Of a DNA stretch of 64,000 nucleotides, positions 52,170 through 62,277 are shown piece after piece. Position 1 is the stretch's first letter; every line of letters begins with the position of its first letter. The stretch is from a virus. The notes below the pieces were generated by a model, which had not been told where the DNA came from, did no database searches, and was given only the letters and a program-made list of their open reading frames with translations. Location: positions 32,001 through 96,000 of the IMG/VR virus record IMGVR_UViG_3300021090_000723; one strand, 5' to 3'. A program made the translations under genes and the position numbers.

Positions 52170-53524
52170 TGGACCTTGCCTCCTGAACGCAGCGTGGTGA
52201 TCGGCTGCATGCCGTTGTTCTGCGGGAGCATGGTGTTCGCCATCGGTGGCCCGCCCATGCCCATGCCCATGCCAAGGCTCGGATCAACCATACCGCCCAT
52301 ATTGAGCTTGAGCTTCGTCGGCCTCTGGCCCTTGTGCATGCCGGTCTCGTGCTGGCGGACGCCCTTCTTGACCATCGCGCGGTCCTGGGAGACGTCGCCA
52401 TTCACAGATCCGCCCTTCGCCATGCGCATCTTGCCCTGGGTCTTACCGGCGATCCGCTTGGCGATGATCTTGCCCGCCATTTCGCCAAGGCTCGAACCCG
52501 CTTGCGCGAGTGCCGGCGGCAGCGCCACGCCGGTGTCACCCTGGCTGCGCCCGTTGCCCTGAAAGCCGGGCGTCGGCTGCGGCGGAGCCATCGGGCCTGA
52601 AGGCTGGGTCGTCTGGAACGGGGCCTGTTGGGCCGCCTTGGCGGCGGTCGCCTTTTGCTGCATCGCCTGCATGATGGTGCCGATCATGCCGCCTGCGGGG
52701 GCGACCTTGCCGCCCGTGGCCATGGCGCGCCTGGGCACGCCCGCGCGACGGCTGACTCGGCTGGCGAGATCGTTGACCGCCGTCTGCATCACCGGTGGCG
52801 GCAGCGTTTGCGTCGGCATGCCCGGACCAGGCTGCGCGCCTGGGAGCTTCCCGGCGTCCATGGTCGCCGTGCCGCCGAACGTCTGCGGGTTGAGTGGCAC
52901 GGGCTGCGCCATCGGTGTCGGCGGCGCCATGGGCGTCGGTTTGGCCATCGTGAGCGCGCCAGGCTGCATGGGCGTGATCCCGCCAATCGCGTATTTCTTG
53001 ACCTTGCCGCCCTTGGCGTATTTCTGCTTGGCGGTGGCTTTACCGGCCCCTCCGGCCGCCGCTCCGGCGTCGCCAGCCTTGGAGAGCGCCTTGTTGACCT
53101 TGTCCATGGCGTTGCCCATCGGGTGGGCCTTCACGACTGCGCCGAACAGGCGCTCCGCGAGCGAGGGCGCTGGCTTCTTCACCGTGCCGCCTTCGGCATA
53201 ACCCTTCTTCGCCATGCCGCCGCGGCACATCTTCTGGGCCTGTGCGGCGCGCATCAGATTGGCGTTGCGGTCGCCCTTGTTGACCTTGCCGCCCTTCTTG
53301 AAGCCGTAGCCGCCGCTCTGCCGCCAGTTGTGCTCGGCCTTGTTGTCCGCCTTCGCCTTGTCCGACGTCGGATCGGTCGAGGGGTTCAGCTGTCGGTTCG
53401 TGACCGGGCCCCCATTGGCGAACGCCTGCGGCTTGTGTCCTGACGGCGAGAACACATGGCGATTGTCGAAGTCTCTTCCTCCGAAGTCCTTGCCCTCGGG
53501 CAGATAACGAAGCGTTTTGCTCAT
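52166..53524 (-). CDS. Low-complexity protein with about ten (F/Y/M/L)xxGGx(V) motifs
   Basis: FANGGPV, FKKGGKV, MCRGGMA, YAEGGTV, YAKGGKV, YAIGGIT, MATGGKV, MAKGGSV, LNMGGMV, LRSGGKV. Confidence 0.75.
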   Translation of the reverse strand: MSKTLRYLPEGKDFGGRDFDNRHVFSPSGHKPQAFANGGPVTNRQLNPSTDPTSDKAKADNKAEHNWRQSGGYGFKKGGKVNKGDRNANLMRAAQAQKMCRGGMAKKGYAEGGTVKKPAPSLAERLFGAVVKAHPMGNAMDKVNKALSKAGDAGAAAGGAGKATAKQKYAKGGKVKKYAIGGITPMQPGALTMAKPTPMAPPTPMAQPVPLNPQTFGGTATMDAGKLPGAQPGPGMPTQTLPPPVMQTAVNDLASRVSRRAGVPRRAMATGGKVAPAGGMIGTIMQAMQQKATAAKAAQQAPFQTTQPSGPMAPPQPTPGFQGNGRSQGDTGVALPPALAQAGSSLGEMAGKIIAKRIAGKTQGKMRMAKGGSVNGDVSQDRAMVKKGVRQHETGMHKGQRPTKLKLNMGGMVDPSLGMGMGMGGPPMANTMLPQNNGMQPITTLRSGGKVH

Positions 53525-53553
53525 GGTCGACTCACCCTTTGGTTGACGTGATA

Positions 53554-54432
53554 CTACCCGACAAGGCCGGGGATTGATGTTCTTCCTGTTGGCGGCACGA
53601 GCGGCGTGTAATCGAGCACGAGCAGACCTTGGCCGCCGTCGCGTGGTGAAGCGTTTCCCGCGCCGCCGCCGCCGCCATAGGTGGCACCTTGTCCGGTCAC
53701 TCCCGCTGCTTTCCGCCCGCCGCCACCGCCGCCGGAGCCGTGTGTGGCATCAAATGCTTGGTCCATCGCGCCGTTGAAGCCACTCTGATTGCCAGCGACG
53801 CCGCCCGCGCCGCCACCGCCCGTACCAGGGGTGCCTGGATTACCGGCCGTGCCGCCGCCCGTGCCGCCTACGCCGTCACCACCTTGCCCTTGCCCATCGG
53901 TGTTGCCCGCTTCACCACTATTTGCACCGCCGCCACCGCCCGCTGGCTGAGCGCTGATACCGTTGCCGCCTGCACCGCCTGCGCCACTCGGCCCACCGGC
54001 ACCGCCGCCGGCACCACACGCTGTATTGCTACCGGCCGCTCCGGGTCCGGTCCCACCCGTGCCGCCATTTGCGTTTCCGTCCGGCCCTGTGCCCCCGGTC
54101 CCGCCCGTTCCAGCCTGACCAAAATTGCCGCCGTTCTTGGCTTCAAGGATGATCGTGCCGCCGCCGCCGTTCTGGTTTTTCAACCATGTTCCGGCCACGG
54201 CGTTGCCAGCGTTCGGGGCCACCACATTGATGTCGTAAGCCCCACCAGCGACAAGACCGGCCGGGTTGTTGATGCGCCGATACTCGCCACCACCGCCCGC
54301 GCGAACGGTCGCTTGATTGGTGCCGCCTTGGCCGCCGGCACCGATCGCGTGCCACGCCGCGGCGGCAGGGTCGTAATCGGCCGGCAGTACGATCTGGCTG
54401 GCCCCGAGCGTGGTGTAGAAAACCAGGGTCAT
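53554..54432 (-). CDS. Glycine-rich tail fibre-like protein
   Basis: HAIGAGG.GG, GGGGEY, poly-Gly, GGQGLLVLDY. Confidence 0.75.
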   Translation of the reverse strand: MTLVFYTTLGASQIVLPADYDPAAAAWHAIGAGGQGGTNQATVRAGGGGEYRRINNPAGLVAGGAYDINVVAPNAGNAVAGTWLKNQNGGGGTIILEAKNGGNFGQAGTGGTGGTGPDGNANGGTGGTGPGAAGSNTACGAGGGAGGPSGAGGAGGNGISAQPAGGGGGANSGEAGNTDGQGQGGDGVGGTGGGTAGNPGTPGTGGGGAGGVAGNQSGFNGAMDQAFDATHGSGGGGGGRKAAGVTGQGATYGGGGGAGNASPRDGGQGLLVLDYTPLVPPTGRTSIPGLVG

Positions 54433-54755
54433 GAGGGCCCCGCCGATCGGATGGTGGGGCTGACCCCCGGATCAAGCTCCTGGTCCTTCTCCCGCTCGAC
54501 GCGGCCGGCCTCAACCTGGTCCATGCGCTGGAGTTCGGCATGGATGGCGGGTGGCAGTCCTTTGTCGCTGGCCTCAACGCAGGCCCGGTGCAGCGAGCGC
54601 TGATCGGTGCAGGCTCGATAGACCCGCGCATCGAGGATGACTTGGGTGTGGCCCTTCGGGTTGAAGGCTGGGTCGGTGGCGAGCGCCTTGGACGACGCGC
54701 CCGAGACGGTGATCGCGATCAAGCCCTGCTCATCGAAGATGACCGCGATCGTCAT
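54429..54755 (-). CDS. Hypothetical protein
   Basis: ATGA-coupled on both sides. Confidence 0.65.
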   Translation of the reverse strand: MTIAVIFDEQGLIAITVSGASSKALATDPAFNPKGHTQVILDARVYRACTDQRSLHRACVEASDKGLPPAIHAELQRMDQVEAGRVEREKDQELDPGVSPTIRSAGPS

Positions 54756-55327
54756 GACTTGCGCACCCTCAGACCGAGCTCCACCCGCTCGATGTCCGTC
54801 ACGCTGTCGACGTTGAAGCGGTAGGTGTCACCGGCCGCGAACGCCGTATCCCAACCGGTCAGCGTGTTGTCCTGCGACTTGTCGGATGGCCCTGAGATCG
54901 TGGGGGGCGTACCACCTGACGTGATGGAATCGGCGTCCGTCGGCGGGTAGTTGGCATAGGTGTCCTTCCAGATGTCGATGACGATTGCGCCTGATTGATC
55001 GGCGAGCATCGTATAGCCGAGCAGTTCGCCATCGAAGTCCCAGTGGTGATCGCCCTTGATGCCGGTCGTGATCTCCGCGCCGCCGCCGTCGATGACGATG
55101 GGCAGCGTCGTGATGTTGTCGACCCAGGACGCATCGAAATCGGTGCCCGAATCCTTGTGCAGGATCTGGCCCGCCGCGCCGCCGGTCGGGAGCGTGCCAG
55201 GAACAGGGCCGCCGCCTTCCCAGTCTGCATCGAAGTTGTCGTTGGATTCCTTGGTCAGAACCTGCCCGGTGAGACCACCTGGTGGCAGACCAGGGGTTGC
55301 TACGACTCCAGCCCCGCCGACGCTCAT
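54752..55327 (-). CDS. Tail-associated structural protein
   Basis: Two LP.GG..GQ.L.K.S...FDA.W repeats; IDGGG..I.TG.KG; DQSG.IV.DIWK. Confidence 0.72.
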   Translation of the reverse strand: MSVGGAGVVATPGLPPGGLTGQVLTKESNDNFDADWEGGGPVPGTLPTGGAAGQILHKDSGTDFDASWVDNITTLPIVIDGGGAEITTGIKGDHHWDFDGELLGYTMLADQSGAIVIDIWKDTYANYPPTDADSITSGGTPPTISGPSDKSQDNTLTGWDTAFAAGDTYRFNVDSVTDIERVELGLRVRKS

Positions 55328-55494
55328 GACGTCAATCCCTTCTTGGGCTCGAGATCGGCATCGATCAGTTCAGCGAACTCGAACTCTTCCGGCGGCTCCG
55401 GATCAGGCTGAACGATGCCCGAGACTTGGCTGACGCCCGCGCCCGAGACGACACCGCCAGAAAGCGACACCCCGGTGGAGGTGCTGACACCCAC
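55324..55494 (-). CDS. Small protein (56 aa, not in ORF track)
   Basis: GTG start; MGVSTSTGVSLSGGVVSGAGVSQVSGIVQPDPEPPEEFEFAELIDADLEPKKGLTS; fills the gap and its stop overlaps the next ATG. Confidence 0.6.
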   Translation of the reverse strand: MGVSTSTGVSLSGGVVSGAGVSQVSGIVQPDPEPPEEFEFAELIDADLEPKKGLTS

Positions 55495-55498
55495 AAGG

Positions 55499-55846
55499 TC
55501 ACCGCCCTGTGCTCTGGATGATCGTCAACTGCCCGACGTCGGTCCCATTGGCATCTGCGGCAAGCCGGATCGCCCTGACCGAGAAGGCGTAGTTGCCGTC
55601 CTCGTCCGCAACCATGGCCGCCATGGTCGGATGGCTGAACCACTTCGCATTGGCGTTGTAGAGATCCGCCGACGCATACGACCATGGGTCCTCGAAGCAA
55701 TGCTGGACCGTGAAACCCGTCGTGTTGCCGTTCGTGTTGAACCCCATGCCGACGTTGAAGGGGTTCTCGTAGATGTCCATCGGGCACGGCGCGCTCAAGC
55801 TGGGCGTAGCGCCATTGCCGGTCAGGGTTAGCGTAACAGGCCGCAT
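55499..55846 (-). CDS. Virion structural protein
   Basis: GGAG RBS; D.Y..PFNVG, TVQH.F.DP, W..HP, GNYA..V.AIRL. Confidence 0.72.
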   Translation of the reverse strand: MRPVTLTLTGNGATPSLSAPCPMDIYENPFNVGMGFNTNGNTTGFTVQHCFEDPWSYASADLYNANAKWFSHPTMAAMVADEDGNYAFSVRAIRLAADANGTDVGQLTIIQSTGR

Positions 55847-55861
55847 GGGATTCTCCGCCGG

Positions 55862-56245
55862 TTACGGGTTGGGGCTGTCGCCCGTTCCCGTGGCTGCTGG
55901 GGCTCCGTCACCCGTGGGTGCTGGCGTGCCTTCGCCCGTCGGCGCGGTGCTTCCATTGCCTGTCGGCGCTGGCGCTCCAGCTGGGCCCGACGTGGTTTCG
56001 GGTCCATCGGCCGGTGCATCGCCCGTGCCGGACTCTGCCGGCGGTGCGGGAGGCTGCTGGGGCAGAGGCATCTGCTCTTCCTCGACCTCGTCCGGCGGCC
56101 CGTCAAAGGCGGCTGAGATACCGGCCTGAATGGCAACCTTGACGTCATCGAAGCTGGGCGCGCCGCGATAGGGCTGGGCCGCAAAGGCTGCGTCGATGCT
56201 CTTGCCGATGTGCGCCAGCATGCGAGCCTTCGTTTCGTCGTCCAT
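55862..56245 (-). CDS. Pro/Ala/Thr low-complexity protein (start MDDETK)
   Basis: GAGGA RBS; APTG repeats. Confidence 0.6.
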   Translation of the reverse strand: MDDETKARMLAHIGKSIDAAFAAQPYRGAPSFDDVKVAIQAGISAAFDGPPDEVEEEQMPLPQQPPAPPAESGTGDAPADGPETTSGPAGAPAPTGNGSTAPTGEGTPAPTGDGAPAATGTGDSPNP

Positions 56246-56306
56246 GGGACTTCCTCTCTTGAGGGCTGGACCTGCCGCGACCACGCGGCCGCAGCAGGCC
56301 TAAACC

Positions 56307-57230
56307 TCAGCTGTTGAAGGCCGCGCCGTTCACCAGGCCGGCTGCATCGTAGTTGCCGGTGAAGATGACGTTCGGCTGGCCGCTGATGTCGAACTGAGCC
56401 GCGATCAGGGCCGCATCGGCGAAGAAGTTTCCGCAGATGAGAGCCGAGTTCGCCGCCAGATCGCCCGCAGCGCCCTGGTCCATGTCCGCGTAGACGAACG
56501 CCGCCCCGACGGTCATGAAATAGTTCGCCGCGATCAGCGTATTGAGGAAGATGCCCGCGCCGCCGCCCGAGACGTTGACCAGCGACTGGAGATCCACGGC
56601 GTTGCCGACGAAGCGGTTGCCGATGACCCTGTTGTCGGTGGTGCCCACGCCCGATGGATTCGCCGCGTGCTGGAACGCCAGCCCGTAGCCCGCCGCGTTG
56701 CCCCGGAACAGGTTGCCCTGGATGAGGCCCTCGGATGCGGTGTAGCCGTCATCCGCTGCGAGGCCGACCAGGCGCAGGAGCGCTTCGGTGGCGCCTTGAC
56801 CGTCACCGTCGAACACGCAGCCAGTGTACTCGAAGCCGTTGCCGTTCTGCTGGACAACGTCCGAATCCGCCGAAGAGAGGCGGAGATTGCGGGCGATGAA
56901 GCCTTGGGCCTCGACTTTGAGGGTCACGCCCGCGCTCGCGACCAAGTCCGGCTTGCCGTAGCCCGACAGGTTCGCGCCCATGATCGTGATGTAGTCCTTG
57001 GTGATGACCAAGTTCTCGTCGTACTCGCCGGGGAAGACGAAGATGGTGTCGCCGGGGCGCGCGGAATCGTAGGCGTTCTGGATGGCTGGGAACGGTTCGG
57101 CAGGGCTGATGCCCGTGCCGGCCGCCGAGCCGTTTACGAACCAGACCTTGCCGTTGACGCTCGGGATCGAGACCCCTGGTGTCAGGAGCGGCATGCCTGC
57201 TCCGAAAACCATGTCTGAAAAGCTCGTCAT
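56307..57230 (-). CDS. Right-handed beta-helix (pectin lyase-like) virion protein
   Basis: WFVNG...G.S...PF..IQ.A.....GDTI.V.PG.Y.E; repeated I.GN.F. Confidence 0.75.
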   Translation of the reverse strand: MTSFSDMVFGAGMPLLTPGVSIPSVNGKVWFVNGSAAGTGISPAEPFPAIQNAYDSARPGDTIFVFPGEYDENLVITKDYITIMGANLSGYGKPDLVASAGVTLKVEAQGFIARNLRLSSADSDVVQQNGNGFEYTGCVFDGDGQGATEALLRLVGLAADDGYTASEGLIQGNLFRGNAAGYGLAFQHAANPSGVGTTDNRVIGNRFVGNAVDLQSLVNVSGGGAGIFLNTLIAANYFMTVGAAFVYADMDQGAAGDLAANSALICGNFFADAALIAAQFDISGQPNVIFTGNYDAAGLVNGAAFNS

Positions 57231-57295
57231 GACTGTTCTCCCTGTGCTGATGGCGTGACGCGATTAAGCGCCACGCCCCAGCGAAGAGGCCTCGG

Positions 57296-58210
57296 TTAGA
57301 GACCGGCGGTGCCGAACACGGTGCGCGGGTCGGTCCATCCGGGGATGTACCGTTCCGTCGCCTTGTAGCGGGCGGTGTCGGTCTCGAAGTCGCCTTCCAT
57401 GGACCGCTTCAGGCCACGGCGCTTCACGAGCTTGAGGCCCTCGGGAGCGTTCGTGTTGACCCACCACGCCGTCGTGGAGGTCAAGCGGCTCATGTTGTAC
57501 TGGCCCTCGGTCAAAAGTTGCATACTTTTGATCGGGTTGATGTCGTTGTTCGCAGTTCCCGTGCGAAGCGCGGACTTCAAGATCGTCTCGGCCTGGAAGA
57601 TGTTCGAGGGCGAGCAGGTGATCGCGCGCGGCATGAGCCGGATCTTCTTGCCGTTGTTGTCGACGGCGCCGCGGACCTGGATGAGCATCTGCTCGAGCGA
57701 GGTCTGCGAGAGCACCGCGGCGATGGCAAGCTGATTGCTGAACGTGCCGTTGGCGATCGGGTGGGCAGTCGAGACAAGCGAGACGCCATCGCCGCCAGGG
57801 AACGCGCCGTTGAACGCCCGATTGAGGATGTTCGCGGTCAGCGTTTCCTTCGTTTCGATCAGCGACTGCGCCAGGTGGCGCGAGTAGATCTGGCCGATGC
57901 GGATGTGGTCGCCGTCTTCCACCAGGATCTGGGTGAGCGCGAACGCCAACCCGAACACGCGATACTGGTAGCGCTTGATGAACAGGGTTCCGCCCTGCTG
58001 GTAACTCACTGGCATACCATCAGGAATCTCGGGTGCGGCTCCAAAACCGAACAGCACCGGTTCTTCATGATAGTTACGCGGCGTCCCGGTGATTTCTTTG
58101 AACGGACCCTTCCATTCGTCGGTACGCTGCTCGTAAAGACCGTCGAATTCCTCGTTGAGGATGGGCTCGACGATTGCTCTGAAGTCTGTGGACCTCATTG
58201 CGATGGACAT
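57296..58210 (-). CDS. Major capsid protein (start MSIAMR)
   Basis: AGGAG RBS; P.LN..F...Y, EE....GFG.AP, LA.S...TKE...AN.LNRAF, GGDGV.L....HP, GDFET...RYKA.ERY..GW.DPR..FG. Confidence 0.88.
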   Translation of the reverse strand: MSIAMRSTDFRAIVEPILNEEFDGLYEQRTDEWKGPFKEITGTPRNYHEEPVLFGFGAAPEIPDGMPVSYQQGGTLFIKRYQYRVFGLAFALTQILVEDGDHIRIGQIYSRHLAQSLIETKETLTANILNRAFNGAFPGGDGVSLVSTAHPIANGTFSNQLAIAAVLSQTSLEQMLIQVRGAVDNNGKKIRLMPRAITCSPSNIFQAETILKSALRTGTANNDINPIKSMQLLTEGQYNMSRLTSTTAWWVNTNAPEGLKLVKRRGLKRSMEGDFETDTARYKATERYIPGWTDPRTVFGTAGL

Positions 58211-58286
58211 GGGACTCTCCTTCAAGTTCTGGTCAGAAGGCGGAGGAACCGAATTAGGGCGCCCCCGAGACTGGTCAGGGCTCTCC

Positions 58287-58883
58287 TTAGCCGGGTGAGG
58301 TCTGGAAGCCGGACACGGCTTGCGGGTAGCTGATCGCAACGATCAGGTCGGTGAACGCATCGCCGACAAGCTCGTTGATGCCTTCGCCGAATTCGATCAG
58401 CTGCAACTGGCCCTGCACGCCCACGCCGACCGCGGCTGCTGCCGCCGTCATGGCCGAGAGGCCCGTGACGGTGCTGCCGGCGGCGAAGTTCGACAGGTTG
58501 AACTGGTCGCCATAGGCGGCCTGAGCGACCGTGCCGTCCGCTTGGATGCGGAAGCGCATGTTGTCCACCCATGCCGGGCAGATGCAGGCCTCCATTTTGT
58601 CGAGCCCTGCCACATAGGTGGAGCCCGACGGCCAGAAGTCCGCCACCACCGGGCGTTGGCCCGTTGGCGTGTATTCGACGCCCATGAACACGCCGTAGAT
58701 CTTGTCGGTCGTCGCCGTGACCGGGGTGATGGTCCCGTTGACGGTGTCAAGCTTCACGGCCTGGTACTTGAAGATGTTGGCGGCGAGCCCGGACGCGATC
58801 CCGTTCTTCAGGACGAGCGGCCGGACCGTGCCGGAAAAGTCGCTGATGGGCTGGAGCCCATAAGGCGCTGCTGTTGCACTCAT
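58287..58883 (-). CDS. Minor capsid/decoration protein
   Basis: AAPYGL.P, GVF.GVEY; directly upstream of the major capsid gene. Confidence 0.72.
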   Translation of the reverse strand: MSATAAPYGLQPISDFSGTVRPLVLKNGIASGLAANIFKYQAVKLDTVNGTITPVTATTDKIYGVFMGVEYTPTGQRPVVADFWPSGSTYVAGLDKMEACICPAWVDNMRFRIQADGTVAQAAYGDQFNLSNFAAGSTVTGLSAMTAAAAAVGVGVQGQLQLIEFGEGINELVGDAFTDLIVAISYPQAVSGFQTSPG

Positions 58884-58938
58884 TGTGGTCTCCCACGGTC
58901 AAGGTTTCACCGTGGGCGCGAACAAGGTTTGGAGGTCT

Positions 58939-59577
58939 CTAGCTCGAGAACTCCGGCATTGGCCGCGCCCGTTGGACGATATCGGCCGTACCATCGCCTT
59001 CCTCAGCGATTCTGGTCCCCACTGTCTGCGCTGCATCCTTGAGGCCTGTGACGACGGCCCGGAGCTTTTCTTCTTCGGCTCGGGGGAGCGTGTCGTGGAC
59101 CTCAACCATGTAGCGGTTGTAGAGGCGGAGAGAGATTCGCGCCGCGACCATTTCGTTGACGCTGATGACGCCCTTGTATTCCCCGGACTTGAGGCTTTCG
59201 CCTCTCCAGCCAGCGATCATGTCCTGCGTGATGAGCTCGTAGCCCATACGGACTCGCATCGCGATGCTGTCTCGGGGATTGGTCGTCGTCAGCCAACAAA
59301 GATGGTAACCCGGCATAGGTGGAAGGTTCGGTAGGACCGATTGCACGATCGAGGACTGGAAGAGAGCGAAGCGTTCGTCCTCGGTCAGTTCCCGATCTGG
59401 ATTGTTGATGTCCCGCTCGTTGTGGTCTGTGTCGCGGCCATCATCCTGGCCCTCGCGTGACGTCTCACGGGCGGCATCCGCTTGCGCGGCGGCAGGCTTA
59501 GAACGGGTGCGCGCATTTTTAGGCGCAACGCCGTCGCCATCTGCCAGGCTCGATTCCGTGTGTTGTTTCGCGGCCAT
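58939..59577 (-). CDS. Conserved head-morphogenesis protein
   Basis: LP.LP..PGYH.CWL.TTN..D.I..R...GYE motif. Confidence 0.7.
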   Translation of the reverse strand: MAAKQHTESSLADGDGVAPKNARTRSKPAAAQADAARETSREGQDDGRDTDHNERDINNPDRELTEDERFALFQSSIVQSVLPNLPPMPGYHLCWLTTTNPRDSIAMRVRMGYELITQDMIAGWRGESLKSGEYKGVISVNEMVAARISLRLYNRYMVEVHDTLPRAEEEKLRAVVTGLKDAAQTVGTRIAEEGDGTADIVQRARPMPEFSS

Positions 59578-59589
59578 GGATTACGTCCC

Positions 59590-60921
59590 TCAACTCTTGG
59601 TCAGACCGTGTGTGCGGTCGAAGTCCGCATACTGCCGGAGCATGCGCTGGAATTTTGGTGGGTCAGCGATTGTGCCGTCGGCTTGGACGACACCGGCATC
59701 GATGAGTGCCTTCTTGCGTTCGGGAGTGACCTTGACTTGGTTCTTCCCGCCTCCGGACGACCGCTGCTCGGCCGCCCCACTGGTCATTGGCCCACGCCGT
59801 TCCGGCTGAGCCTGTTGCCGTTCGCGCCGCCCATCGCCGTTCGCGTGGCCATTGGCCTGGCGTCGGGCGGGCTGGCGTTCTTGACGCTGCTGGCGGTCGC
59901 CAGCGTCGTCCTCGTCCTCGAAGTGTTCCGGGAGGCGCGCAGCCAAGCGCTTGTTGAGTTCGTCCCAGTAGTCGTCGTTCTCGGGGTTGAACCCGGCCTT
60001 GCGGACCTGGTTGTCGATGAAGATGGTCAGCTGCGAGTCTTCGTCGCCGCCGTTCGGATCGAACCAATCGTGCTGGGCGCAGAACTCGTCCACGCGGCGG
60101 AGGCCACGGGCGCTCAGCTTGCTGGCGGGCTGGTCACGCCGCGGCCGACGGTCACCACCATCGTCCTGGCGGTTCTCGCTGCGGTTGCCCCGGTTGTCGC
60201 GGTCGTCATCTTCCGGTGCTCTGCGCTTGTACTCGTCGCGCGCGCCCTCGGCCTGGAGCTTCGCAACAAATGCTGCTTGTTGCTTGTCGAGGGCGGCTAC
60301 AACCGTCTCCTCATCACCTTCGCGCAGCGCCTTCGCGAAGGCCTTCTTTGCCGCATCAAGCTCGGCGGTGGCGGCGGTGACGTTGTTCTCGAGGTTGGTG
60401 GCGGCTTCCTTGGAGAAGCGCTTCTCGATGTGGGCGAGGCGCGGCTCGGTCTCATCTTGCGCGGCCCGTAGACGCCGGATCTCGGCCTTCAGATCGTCGT
60501 TCTCTTTGTCCTTGCGGGCGCGGGCATTGCGCTGGCGCTCGCGGCGTGAAGAGCGGCTTTCCCAGCGCTCGTTGCCACGGCCCTTGCCGTTGATGAGCGG
60601 TTCATCGTGCTCGCCGCGGCCCTGGTCGTCTTCCGAGAGCGTGGCCTCGCGGCGGTCGGGATCGTCATCGTCCTGGCCGTCATCGACCTGGTCGTCCCGA
60701 CCCTGGGTGGCAGGGTTGAGCGGTCTGCCTTTGTCGTCGACCTCGAAGGCCTCGAACTGGTCGTCGGCCTGTTGCTGGGCGTTCCTCAGGACGGGCTGCT
60801 GGGGAGCAGCGAGCCGTTCGAGCCGTTCATTGCCGTTGACCACGACTTCGCGGCTCTCGCCGTCATCGCCGTCGTCCTCGGTGATTACGTTCGTCTTCTG
60901 GGGTGCAGCTGCGCGGGCCAT
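59590..60921 (-). CDS. Putative capsid scaffolding protein (start MARAAA)
   Basis: Acidic N-terminus, coiled coil, WF......D......GF.P....YW.EL..RL...P..F, V..TPER. Confidence 0.7.
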   Translation of the reverse strand: MARAAAPQKTNVITEDDGDDGESREVVVNGNERLERLAAPQQPVLRNAQQQADDQFEAFEVDDKGRPLNPATQGRDDQVDDGQDDDDPDRREATLSEDDQGRGEHDEPLINGKGRGNERWESRSSRRERQRNARARKDKENDDLKAEIRRLRAAQDETEPRLAHIEKRFSKEAATNLENNVTAATAELDAAKKAFAKALREGDEETVVAALDKQQAAFVAKLQAEGARDEYKRRAPEDDDRDNRGNRSENRQDDGGDRRPRRDQPASKLSARGLRRVDEFCAQHDWFDPNGGDEDSQLTIFIDNQVRKAGFNPENDDYWDELNKRLAARLPEHFEDEDDAGDRQQRQERQPARRQANGHANGDGRRERQQAQPERRGPMTSGAAEQRSSGGGKNQVKVTPERKKALIDAGVVQADGTIADPPKFQRMLRQYADFDRTHGLTKS

Positions 60922-60934
60922 GTTCGCGATCTCA

Positions 60935-61609
60935 TCAATCCAGGAAGGCTTTGACTTTGAGGGGGTCACCCGTAATGACGCCGAGGATGTCCTTCGCCTT
61001 GAACAGGCAGAAGATGATCTCCTCGCGGCGCGTGCTGGGCTCGAAGTGATCCGAGCCCGGCTCTTTCAGGCGATAGACGTGGTCGTACTCGACAGCGAAG
61101 CGGTCGCCGCCGTATCTGGGGACACGGACGTATTCGCCCAGTTCAAACCAGGCGCCCTCCACGTAGGGCACCATGATGTCGTGAGGGGCCTCGCCAGCGA
61201 TGGCGGGCTGGACCTCTTTCACGGTCTTGAAGCAAAGCGGCCCTAAGGCGATCACCTTGGCCACCTGGGTGTTGTAATACTCGGTCGCACGGGTCTCCGC
61301 GACCAGTTCCACCCCGCCGGCGCTGAAGCGCTTGGGCTGGCGGATCTGGACTAGCACCACCGCCCCGAGGGGCTTGATGCCTGGGTCGATCGCCGGGAAG
61401 GCTTCGTCGAGCGAGTCGTACTTGAACCCCAGCGCGTTGCCCGAGGTCAGCAGCGACTGTGCGTCCCCTTGCTTGGATGGCGCCTGGTCGTACCGGCTTC
61501 GGGTCCGGGTGGGCGTTTTGTTGAACTCTGCGATTGGTGCAGCCGCCCGGCGCCTGGTCCGGGCCGTCTTCAGTACCGTGACGTTGGAAGCAGCCGCCCT
61601 GGAAGCCAT
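60935..61609 (-). CDS. groES: GroES-like co-chaperonin
   Basis: IKPLGAVVLV, SAGGV.L, KVIALGP, W...G.YV...RYGG, DILGVI. Confidence 0.78.
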   Translation of the reverse strand: MASRAAASNVTVLKTARTRRRAAAPIAEFNKTPTRTRSRYDQAPSKQGDAQSLLTSGNALGFKYDSLDEAFPAIDPGIKPLGAVVLVQIRQPKRFSAGGVELVAETRATEYYNTQVAKVIALGPLCFKTVKEVQPAIAGEAPHDIMVPYVEGAWFELGEYVRVPRYGGDRFAVEYDHVYRLKEPGSDHFEPSTRREEIIFCLFKAKDILGVITGDPLKVKAFLD

Positions 61610-61806
61610 TAGTCGTGGTCTCCCGTGAGCGCCATGTCCTTGCGGCCCGCTTCGCGCATCAGTTCGACGGCCTTATCCAGGCCGCGACAGATGCCCTTAA
61701 GCTCCGTCAATCCATGGGAATCGCCGTTGGCCAACTTCATTGCCGAGTCCGCCATCTTTCGCTTTTCCGCATCGATCAACTGCTCAAAGTGGGTCTTTGC
61801 CGCCAT
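61609..61806 (-). CDS. Small helical protein (start MAAKTH)
   Basis: G...GL..A motif typical of the gene preceding phage GroES; TAATG coupling. Confidence 0.65.
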   Translation of the reverse strand: MAAKTHFEQLIDAEKRKMADSAMKLANGDSHGLTELKGICRGLDKAVELMREAGRKDMALTGDHD

Positions 61807-61998
61807 CGGTGCCGCGAGGGTTGCGGCAACCAGAGTAGGAGCGCAATCCCTCACCACAAGATGTGCGATTGCGCGCTATAGGTTGCGATAGGCTTGCAAC
61901 GGCGTTGGATTATTTTCATAACCATCGCGACACCAGAGACGGCGATTCGTTCCGCCGGTCTTCCGCGCAGAGGTGCAGGTGCCTCGAATCAAAGCAGG

Positions 61999-62277
61999 AT
62001 GGCGCCAGTGAACGACACTCCGGCCCGGGCCTATCTCTCCCGCAAAGAAGCCGCCGACTATCTCACCGAAAAATACTTCCCGATCTCGAAATACGCGCTC
62101 GCCCGATATGCGATGGACGGGACTGGCCCCGAGGCGCGCACGCGGCCAGGCGGCGGCCAATGCCTCTACCTCAAGACGGAGCTCGACACCTGGGCCAATG
62201 CGTTCCCGGTCGTCGGCGGCCACAAGCAAAGGAAGCGCCAGCGTGGTGTTGGCGCGCTATCAGGAGCAAAGCGATGA
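61999..62277 (+). CDS. Excisionase/AlpA-like HTH DNA-binding protein
   Basis: YLSRKEAADYL......S...LA..A..G.GP.......LY....LD.W. Confidence 0.78.
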   Translation: MAPVNDTPARAYLSRKEAADYLTEKYFPISKYALARYAMDGTGPEARTRPGGGQCLYLKTELDTWANAFPVVGGHKQRKRQRGVGALSGAKR

